This document shows, in pieces, positions 18,020 to 24,944 of a stretch of DNA of 24,944 bases. The notes under the pieces are model-generated. The model saw nothing but the letters and a program-made list of their open reading frames with translations, was not told the origin of the DNA and did no database searches. Source of the stretch: Gammaproteobacteria bacterium (lineage in GTDB: Bacteria > Pseudomonadota > Gammaproteobacteria > GCA-001735895); the NCBI GenBank assembly GCA_050298595.1, contig JBNKUM010000109.1:1-24944 (forward strand). Reading direction: 5' to 3'. The translations under genes were made by a program, and so were the position numbers. Within the stretch, counting starts at the first letter, position 1. Each line of letters starts with the position of its first letter.

Positions 18020-18864
18020 TGATTGATCAATTGCTCATTGTTAGTGATATGGATGGCACTATTCTTAACCATCACGATTACAGTTATGAAGCAGTTTTAC
18101 CGCAGTTGGCTGAATTAGAGCAAAAGCAGATACCGCTGATATTAAATACCAGCAAGACCTTTACCGAGTTACAAAGCTGGGTTGGGAAATTAAACATTCG
18201 GCATCCATTTATTGTCGAAAATGGTTCAGCGATATTTATTCCTCAGGGATATTTTTCCGATATGGTGCTATCCGATCTATGGGTAGACCATAGTTTTAGT
18301 GGCTATCAGGTGATTATTCTGGGTGAATCCATTGTTACTCTGGCGGCTTTCCTGCTGCAGCATAAACCGCAGGCTGTCGATTTCAGTCGTTGTTCAACAG
18401 ACCAGGCCATTCAATTGACCGGTCTGAGTCAACAGCAGGTGGTAGAGGCTCAGGATCGACAGTTTTCTATCCCATTGAGCTTTAGTGATAGCGAAAAAGA
18501 ATTAGAATTTGCCGAATTAGCCACGCACTCAGGGTTTGGGGTGCTCAAGGGTGGGCGTTTTCTGCACCTGCTAGGCAAAACCGATAAAGGGGTGGCGTCG
18601 CAAAAATTAAAGCAATTATACGAAACAGCTTTTAATGCGAAATACGCTGTGATTGCACTGGGTGATAGTCCGAATGACGCAGAGATGCTGACTCATTCGG
18701 ATATCGCAGTGGTGGTGAATTCGCCTTCTAGCGAAAACCTTAAACCATCTACGCATCAAGTGATTCGAACACGGCAGCAGGCACCACAGGGATGGAGCGA
18801 GGGCGTAAAAGCGGCGCTTCAATCAATAGAAAAAGAACTTCCAACAGGACCAGATTATGGCTGA
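18019..18864 (+). CDS. gpgP: Glucosyl/mannosyl-3-phosphoglycerate phosphatase (HAD IIB)
   Basis: DMDGT, NTSKT, PFIVENG, GGRFLH, DKG, LGDSPND; adjacent to the synthase. Confidence 0.88.
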   Translation: MIDQLLIVSDMDGTILNHHDYSYEAVLPQLAELEQKQIPLILNTSKTFTELQSWVGKLNIRHPFIVENGSAIFIPQGYFSDMVLSDLWVDHSFSGYQVIILGESIVTLAAFLLQHKPQAVDFSRCSTDQAIQLTGLSQQQVVEAQDRQFSIPLSFSDSEKELEFAELATHSGFGVLKGGRFLHLLGKTDKGVASQKLKQLYETAFNAKYAVIALGDSPNDAEMLTHSDIAVVVNSPSSENLKPSTHQVIRTRQQAPQGWSEGVKAALQSIEKELPTGPDYG

Positions 18865-20077
18865 TAGTTTTCAAAGTAGCAGGGTGACTACCCTGCATAA
18901 CATCGTAAAAAGACCCGTTGAAGAGATAGAAAAAGATCTGCTGCGGTTTTCGCGCAGTCGACCAATGGGATTGATTCTCCCTGCATTGTATTCCGAGCTG
19001 GAACGCCCGGCTTTGGCGAATATTGTCGACGAACTGGAAAAGGTACCTTATCTGAGTCAAATTGTAATTGGACTGGATCGAGCCAACGAAGCCGAATACC
19101 GTCATGCTATACAGTACTTCGATCGCCTGCCACAGGACCACCAGATTTTATGGAACGATGGCCCTAATCTGAAAAAGATTGACGACATTCTGCAAAAAGA
19201 AGGCCTGTCACCCAATCAGTTGGGTAAGGGGCGTAATGTGTGGTACTGCATGGGATATATGCTGGCGTCTGCAAAAAGTGAAGCTATCGCACTGCACGAT
19301 TGCGATATTGTCACCTACGACCGCTCCCTGTTGGCGCGGCTGATTTATCCGGTGGCCAACCCTGCCTTTTCTTACCAGTTTAGTAAAGGCTATTACTCGC
19401 GTGTCGCAAATAATCACCTGGGTGGTCGTGTGTCACGTCTATTGGTGACACCGTTGATCCGTGCATTACAGAATAATCTGGGGCATCAGGAATATCTGAC
19501 CTTTATGGATAGCTTTCGTTATCCGCTAGCGGGTGAGTTTTCCATGCGCAAAGACGTAATGAGTGGTTTACGCATCCCTAGTGACTGGGGGCTAGAGGTG
19601 GGTGTATTGCTGGAAATGGCGCGTAATTATTCAACCCGACGCATCTGTCAGGTCGAGATTGCAGATATCTACGATCATAAGCATCAGGAAGTGTCTGAGC
19701 ATAATGATGAAGGTGGGCTATCCAAGATGTCTATAGATATCTCCAAGGCCCTGTTCCGCAAGCTGGCCACCGATGGACATGTATTCAATAAAGGGATCTT
19801 TCGCAGCCTGAAAGCTACCTACTATCGGGTTGCGCTGGATTTGATCGAAAGTTACCACAGCGACGCAACCATGAATGGGCTTGATTTTGACATTCATGCC
19901 GAAGAAAAGATGGTTGAGCTATTTGCTGAAAATATTATGAAAGCGGGGCATGTTTTCCTCAATAAGCCGATGGAACAGCCTTTTGTACCACACTGGAACC
20001 GAGTGGCCAGTGCTATCCCCGATATCTTTGAACAGTTGCTGGATGCAGTGAATAAAGATCACGAGTTGTATAAGTAA
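18857..20077 (+). CDS. gpgS: Glucosyl-3-phosphoglycerate synthase
   Basis: [21 protein letters not shown] (DxD), [35 protein letters not shown]. Confidence 0.9.
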   Translation: MADSFQSSRVTTLHNIVKRPVEEIEKDLLRFSRSRPMGLILPALYSELERPALANIVDELEKVPYLSQIVIGLDRANEAEYRHAIQYFDRLPQDHQILWNDGPNLKKIDDILQKEGLSPNQLGKGRNVWYCMGYMLASAKSEAIALHDCDIVTYDRSLLARLIYPVANPAFSYQFSKGYYSRVANNHLGGRVSRLLVTPLIRALQNNLGHQEYLTFMDSFRYPLAGEFSMRKDVMSGLRIPSDWGLEVGVLLEMARNYSTRRICQVEIADIYDHKHQEVSEHNDEGGLSKMSIDISKALFRKLATDGHVFNKGIFRSLKATYYRVALDLIESYHSDATMNGLDFDIHAEEKMVELFAENIMKAGHVFLNKPMEQPFVPHWNRVASAIPDIFEQLLDAVNKDHELYK

Positions 20078-20082
20078 CGAGT

Positions 20083-21816
20083 ATGAAAAAGAAAAATTCC
20101 GAGCTGCGTGAAAAGGTTTTAACTCATTTAAATTTTATCTACCCTGATAACGACAACCAGCAGCTTGCACGTCAGCTGATTCAGATCATGGGGCTGGATG
20201 TCATCTGTAAAAAGCCGCGACCGCATGAAAATAACTGGAATCAGTCGGATGTGATTGCCATCACCTATGGTGATACCTTTGTTAAAGAAGGTGAGCAACC
20301 GCTGAAAACGCTGAGAAGATTTTTCGAAAAGAATTTTTCTGGAGTCATCAATGCGATACATATTCTGCCATTTTATCCCTGGAGCTCGGATGATGGCTTT
20401 TCAGTGATCAATTACAAACAGGTGAATGACACTCTGGGCAGTTGGGCTGATATCGAAAGAATAGCGGTCAATTTCAAGTTAATGGCTGACCTGGTGATCA
20501 ATCACTGTAGTTCACGTAGCGAATGGTTCGAGCGCTTTAAACAGGGTATAGAACCTGAGAAGGATTTCTTTATTACTGTAGACCCACAAACTGATCTGTC
20601 GCAGGTTATACGCCCGCGTACCAATGACCTGCTGCGTGAAGTAGAAACTATTGATGGCGTTAAGCATGTCTGGTGTACCTTCAGTCACGACCAGGTAGAC
20701 CTGAATTTTGCTAATCACGAATTACTCAAGGAAATGGTCAGTATTATTGATTATTACCTGAATCGAGGTGTGCAGATATTTCGCTTTGATGCAGTGGCAT
20801 TTCTATGGAAGGAGATCGGTAGCACTTGTCTGAATCTGCCACAGACGCATGAAATGGTTCGCCTGCTACGTACGCTGATCGAGTATCGTAATCCACGCGC
20901 GATTATTATTACCGAAACCAATATACCTAACCGAGAAAATCTGGCCTATTTTGGTAATGCGAACGAGGCACATGTAATATACAACTTTGCTCTGCCACCT
21001 TTATTGTTGCATGGCTTGATCAGTGGTAATAATTATTATCTGAATAACTGGTTGATGAGTATGCCACCTGCTCAGGATGGTACGACCTATCTTAATTTTG
21101 TTGCATCACACGATGGTATCGGGCTGCGTCCGGTGGAAGGGATTTTAACGGATGAAGAGATCCGACAAATTACCGATACCATGCAAGCTTTTGGCGGTCG
21201 CATATCCTGGCGCAATCTATCGCAGGATGAAGTGCGGGCCTATGAAGTCAATATCAGTCTGTTTGATGCCTTAAGCGGAACCATCGAGGGCAAGGATGAA
21301 TGGCAGATTGAGCGCTTTATCTGCGCGCATACCATCATGCTGGGCCTGGAAGGTATACCTGCATTCTATATCCATAGCCTGCTGGCAACGGAAAACGATT
21401 TGCATCGAATGGAGGCCTCCGGTAATAACCGGGCAATCAATCGGCATGTGTGGGATTGTGAAGAGTTGAATGATTTACTCAGTGACGATAACTCTCATCA
21501 CTCAATCGTGCTGGGGCAGTTAAAAAAGCTGATCTCAATTCGAATCAAACAGGCTGCATTTCATCCTAATGCCACTCAATACACCCTGCATCTGGGAGAG
21601 GGTATTTTTGCTTTCTGGCGCCAGAGCCGAAAAAGGCAGCAGAGTATTTTCTGTATCTACAATATTAAGAATGAGGTCCAGCAACTGGCGCTGGGTAGCA
21701 TTAACCTGGTCGAGACTCAACGATGGGTGGATCTATTGAGCGATCAGGAATTCACCGACTTGCGTGAAACGATAGAGTTGCAGCCTTATCAGTGTTTGTG
21801 GATCTCGAATGTGTAG
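20083..21816 (+). CDS. GH13_18 phosphorylase, probably glucosylglycerate phosphorylase
   Basis: ITYGD, HILPF, SSDDGF, DLVINH, RFDAV (nucleophile), TETN (acid/base), ASHDGIG, YEVN. ETN and YExN are glucosylglycerate phosphorylase-type rather than the EVH/YQVN of sucrose phosphorylase. Confidence 0.88.
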   Translation: MKKKNSELREKVLTHLNFIYPDNDNQQLARQLIQIMGLDVICKKPRPHENNWNQSDVIAITYGDTFVKEGEQPLKTLRRFFEKNFSGVINAIHILPFYPWSSDDGFSVINYKQVNDTLGSWADIERIAVNFKLMADLVINHCSSRSEWFERFKQGIEPEKDFFITVDPQTDLSQVIRPRTNDLLREVETIDGVKHVWCTFSHDQVDLNFANHELLKEMVSIIDYYLNRGVQIFRFDAVAFLWKEIGSTCLNLPQTHEMVRLLRTLIEYRNPRAIIITETNIPNRENLAYFGNANEAHVIYNFALPPLLLHGLISGNNYYLNNWLMSMPPAQDGTTYLNFVASHDGIGLRPVEGILTDEEIRQITDTMQAFGGRISWRNLSQDEVRAYEVNISLFDALSGTIEGKDEWQIERFICAHTIMLGLEGIPAFYIHSLLATENDLHRMEASGNNRAINRHVWDCEELNDLLSDDNSHHSIVLGQLKKLISIRIKQAAFHPNATQYTLHLGEGIFAFWRQSRKRQQSIFCIYNIKNEVQQLALGSINLVETQRWVDLLSDQEFTDLRETIELQPYQCLWISNV

Positions 21817-21999
21817 CAAAGGTTAGTTGTAGTAATGATCTCGAGAATTAAGCAATAGACTGGCACTGAGTATATGCTATGTATTATTGAATCTGGTTCT
21901 ACAATTAACTCATTCAAGTTTCAAGTCCTGATCCGAATCTGTTTCGTTCTGCGATCAATGCAGGCTAAATGCCAAACCTGACACTTAATGCTCCGGACT

Positions 22000-22100
22000 G
22001 TTTAGGTTTATTGTCGTGAGATGCGATTAACTTCCCGGATTATTGTTTCACACGCCCAGCTTCCCTTTCTCCGTAGTGTATTTCTAACAGGCGTGCGAGT
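22000..22100 (+). repeat. ~101-bp direct repeat, copy 1
   Basis: Ungapped match to 23151-23251, 81/101 identical by hand count; core CCGGATTATTGTTTCACACG identical. Confidence 0.9.
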
Positions 22101-22485
22101 AACTTTCTTTTACGCGAAAAGAAAGTCACCACAAAATTGACAGGTCAATTTTGAACAGCTCTGCTGGCCCGAAGGGCGGAGGGCAGGAAGCCTGGAGTTA
22201 CAAAGCGCGCCCCACAATCCCTTGATCGGCAAAATAGTGCTCATATCGCGGTCGGCAGTGACGCGTTCCAGACGCGACCCTGCCTAAAACGTCTTCCCTC
22301 GGCTTTGACTCCTGTCTCGCCCTACCTCCTGCATCCCTGCAGTCGTGGCGTTTTCCCACGATATGAACACCATTTTGCCGCGGGCTTGAAAGGGTAAAAA
22401 AAGAGGCGTAAAAACAAAATTGTCCGGAGCAATTTTGATCAGCTCTGCTGGCCCGAAGGGTGGAGGGCAGGGATGACCGGAATAA
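22099..22485. repeat. Nested palindromic (REP/MITE-like) composite element
   Basis: Hairpin 22099-22129; ~70-bp multi-hairpin unit present twice (22131-22200, 22414-22485); 25-bp inverted repeat 22227-22251/22356-22380 enclosing further stems. Confidence 0.85.
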
Positions 22486-22557
22486 CGACATCCCAATCGA
22501 GTGGCCTGCGGCTCCCCGAAAATCAAGCCATTTTGGTTTGTGACAGCTACTTGAGTG

Positions 22558-23145
22558 TTAAGGCGTGTCGTTCAATTTTTTAAGATGGTATATCCATGGC
22601 GCATCGAGTTCTCCAGATTCCGATTTTTTTTCTGGTATATCGTCCGGCGATTTAAAAAAATAAAGTTGTCCGTTGCGCAGAACAAAATACTCGTCCATCG
22701 GGATAAATCTATATAGCCGGGCTTTGTCTCTGGGATAGTCGACTTCGATTTTGTCTGTGTCAATTATTAGGCGATTGTCGGCGATGGAGTAGGGCGCTGA
22801 CACTTTACTCGCTTCGCTCGGGTAGTCTTGCCGCACGCGGCCTTCGAAACTTACCAAATCTTCTGTGAAGCTAAGCATGCCTTTGACAGCCGTATTCTTT
22901 ATGCGACAGTCCACGTAGTCCCACTTGCCGATGATCTGGTGTTTTGTTTCCGTGGGAGTGCTTTGCAGTAACATGGCTCTCTCTTGCGCAAGGGCATTAT
23001 TGATACAGAAGCAGGCAGGCGATAACAATATCATGAAACAGATTCTTCGGATCAAAGTTCTGAGCAGAAAGCCTATGGTTCGATTCAGTTCTGACATGGA
23101 TCTCAGTATATCTTTTCTCATGCATACCAGCCAGACCTGAGTCAT
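22558..23145 (-). CDS. Putative exported protein, lipocalin-like beta-barrel; start uncertain (alternative ATGs at 23097, 23034)
   Basis: Signal-like segment ending NALA-Q, IIGKW motif, beta-strand-rich body. Confidence 0.65.
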   Translation of the reverse strand: MTQVWLVCMRKDILRSMSELNRTIGFLLRTLIRRICFMILLSPACFCINNALAQERAMLLQSTPTETKHQIIGKWDYVDCRIKNTAVKGMLSFTEDLVSFEGRVRQDYPSEASKVSAPYSIADNRLIIDTDKIEVDYPRDKARLYRFIPMDEYFVLRNGQLYFFKSPDDIPEKKSESGELDAPWIYHLKKLNDTP

Positions 23146-23150
23146 GGTTG

Positions 23151-23251
23151 GTTTAAGTTTATCGTTGTGAGATAGGATTAATTTTCCGGATTATTGTTTC
23201 ACACGTCATGCGTTCCTTTCTCCGTAGTGACTGACGAGTACGCGTGCGAGT
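23151..23251 (+). repeat. ~101-bp direct repeat, copy 2
   Basis: Matches 22000-22100 at an offset of 1151 bp. Confidence 0.9.
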
Positions 23252-23280
23252 CCCTTTTGTGTTCCCTGATGGCAAAAAAC

Positions 23281-23299
23281 ATGACCTGACCCCCGTCAT
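23281..23299. other. Stem-loop ATGAC-ctgaccccc-GTCAT
   Basis: Perfect 5-bp stem; 9-nt loop containing CTGACCCC. Confidence 0.6.
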
Positions 23300-23370
23300 T
23301 TCTTCAAAAGAAGTAAACGAGCTCATAGTGAATAATCACTGTCGACCCTAAGCTGCCATTAAAAATACTT

Positions 23371-24663
23371 TCAATCGATACTGACCCCATCGAATACTAC
23401 ATTTTCTTGTTCTATGATTTTCATTCTGTGGTTCAACTCTGTTTCCAATGTATCCATCCGCTGTCTTAACTCCTGATGTCTCATTCGAGACGTATCTAAG
23501 CGGTACTTCACTTCTTCGTAGTTCTTTGAAACCTGATAAAAAAGATCGGTTAATTGACTGTCATCGATATGCTCATGACCATCCTCATGGAATATTTTAT
23601 TTCTATGTTTTGTTAGTCTACTTTTTTCGCGTTCGAGCATATTGCTTTTATCTTGGAGTAAATGTATTTCGGTTTCGGAATTAATCATTTGATGCCGGAC
23701 TTTTTCCAGCTGCTCTGTTAAATGCATCAACTCCACTTGCCGGTGGTTGTATAGCTCTATATCTTTTATTCTTCGAAGCGCCATTTTATCTCGACGCCTT
23801 ACTTCTCTTACCTCTTCAAGAATCTCATCGCTTACTTGTTCACCCAAATTTACTCTGGCCAATTCAAGGAAACTGTCCGCTTGATACATATGAAATGTTT
23901 GATTTGCCCTATCCTTAAACTCCTTTACCAATTCTGGGCGTGGGCCCACCGTTTTCCCCTTAAATTTTTCCCACCAGTCTTCCTTTTTATCATCAGTTAT
24001 CAGGACCACGCCTCTACCTAACTCAGAAGCCTTATCAATTACCTGAGTCCATACAATGAGGTCACCATACTTTCTGCATTTCTCTGAAAAAACTTCACTA
24101 TCACCTGCCTTCGAACCATCTTTAAACCCAGGTGGGATTTTTTGTTTATATCGCTCTTCACCTTCTGCAATTAGTTGCTCCATCCGTTCTTTCTCGTAAG
24201 GAAGGCCAACACTGTTTTCAAATATTTCTGCGATAGAGTCTTTAATTTCATCATTATTAATACGAGCCGTGTGGATTGATTTATTTTTCTTTAGCTCGCC
24301 GCATAGTTCATCAAAGACACTATTAACCTTTTCCATGACACCTTTACTAACAAAAGGGTGTTGACGAGCGTTTTCTAAATCTCGTTTTAATGACTCGATT
24401 GATTTTTCCGTGTCATCGTAAGATTTCTCTTGCTGATCGATTACCGTTAAACGATTGTTCAAGTATTCCTCAGCAGCCCTATGTGGTAGCCATGCTCTAT
24501 CTTTGATTTTATCCAAAATACGGAGGAATTCACTACGAGTTGTATCTGAATATCGATAGAGGTTTAGAAGTATATTTGCATCAAATACAAACAGTGATGT
24601 TTTCCATATTTCTCTTAGGATCTTGTCACTTTCTTTAAAATGACCAGGAAATAAATCCTTCAT
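23371..24663 (-). CDS. PIN-like domain protein (PIN_8-type) with C-terminal coiled coil
   Basis: VFDANILLNLYRY, PPGFKD, YGDLIVW, ITDDKKEDWW, GPRPELVKEF. Start moved to ATG 24663 (MKDLFPG), which has GGAG upstream. Heptad-like charged tail. Confidence 0.88.
   Translation of the reverse strand: MKDLFPGHFKESDKILREIWKTSLFVFDANILLNLYRYSDTTRSEFLRILDKIKDRAWLPHRAAEEYLNNRLTVIDQQEKSYDDTEKSIESLKRDLENARQHPFVSKGVMEKVNSVFDELCGELKKNKSIHTARINNDEIKDSIAEIFENSVGLPYEKERMEQLIAEGEERYKQKIPPGFKDGSKAGDSEVFSEKCRKYGDLIVWTQVIDKASELGRGVVLITDDKKEDWWEKFKGKTVGPRPELVKEFKDRANQTFHMYQADSFLELARVNLGEQVSDEILEEVREVRRRDKMALRRIKDIELYNHRQVELMHLTEQLEKVRHQMINSETEIHLLQDKSNMLEREKSRLTKHRNKIFHEDGHEHIDDSQLTDLFYQVSKNYEEVKYRLDTSRMRHQELRQRMDTLETELNHRMKIIEQENVVFDGVSID
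23375..23393. other. Stem-loop TCGAT-actgacccc-ATCGA
   Basis: Perfect 5-bp stem of different sequence; 9-nt loop containing CTGACCCC; overlaps the last codons of the PIN gene. Confidence 0.6.
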
Positions 24664-24944
24664 ATTTTCTCCATCATTGAACATCGAGATTATGTGACAC
24701 GCACAAAATTGATTTATATTACAAGATTCTTGCACCAGAATCTCATGAAGGCACAGTTTATTCATTGGCTGATATTTGCCTTTTTGCACCGCATAATGCG
24801 AATGTCGGCTTTATCAACAATTCGGCCTGTTGCGGTGCAGCATGCGATAGTCTGTTTACGACCCGAAGCGAATATTTCTGATAAATTTTAGGGGGCTTCA
24901 GATACATGGTAATACCTGCGTTCATAAAACTTCAACAAATAGTA

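Noticed and set aside
732-21720. Many short ORFs (60-150 aa) overlapping the long genes, e.g. 4868-5305, 6248-6706, 10940-11359, 18749-19141
   Set aside because: Antisense or alternate-frame shadows of well-supported genes with no recognisable motifs.
22131-22485. CRISPR array
   Set aside because: Only two ~70-bp copies with a long structured spacer; no cas genes.
22198-22526. ORFs 22198-22491 and 22284-22526
   Set aside because: Both are translations of the palindromic repeat element and are likely spurious.
22479-22563. Possible integron attC after the 22558 gene (minus strand CCTTAAC ... GTTATTC)
   Set aside because: R boxes deviate from RYYYAAC/GTTRRRY, no complementary L boxes were found, and no integrase is in the window.
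24664-24789. N-terminal extension of the PIN ORF given by the ORF track
   Set aside because: The RBS and the family-like N-terminus point to ATG 24663.

Overview
A 24.9 kb bacterial chromosomal window, most consistent with an environmental Gammaproteobacterium (inferred from gene content, not proven). Left end: a 5'-truncated Rhs/YD-repeat protein with an unrecognised 132-aa C-terminal tip, a translationally coupled secreted partner, and a short decayed Y1/RAYT-like transposase fragment. Next come a Fe3+/thiamine-type ABC importer operon ending in a secreted ChrB-C-like protein, an FNR-box-preceded hypothetical gene flanked by a 19-bp direct repeat, and two tandem ppk2 genes. The middle holds a minus-strand gldA/gldF/gldG-like, DUF4340, MipA-like and mutM operon. 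Divergent from it is a four-gene glucosylglycerate operon preceded by two NtrC-like boxes. Right end: an accessory region with a ~101-bp direct repeat, a nested palindromic repeat element, a secreted lipocalin-like protein, two small hairpins carrying CTGACCCC in a 9-nt loop, and a PIN-like nuclease with a coiled-coil tail. I saw no rRNA, tRNA or CRISPR array. All family assignments are motif recognition by eye; no searches were run.
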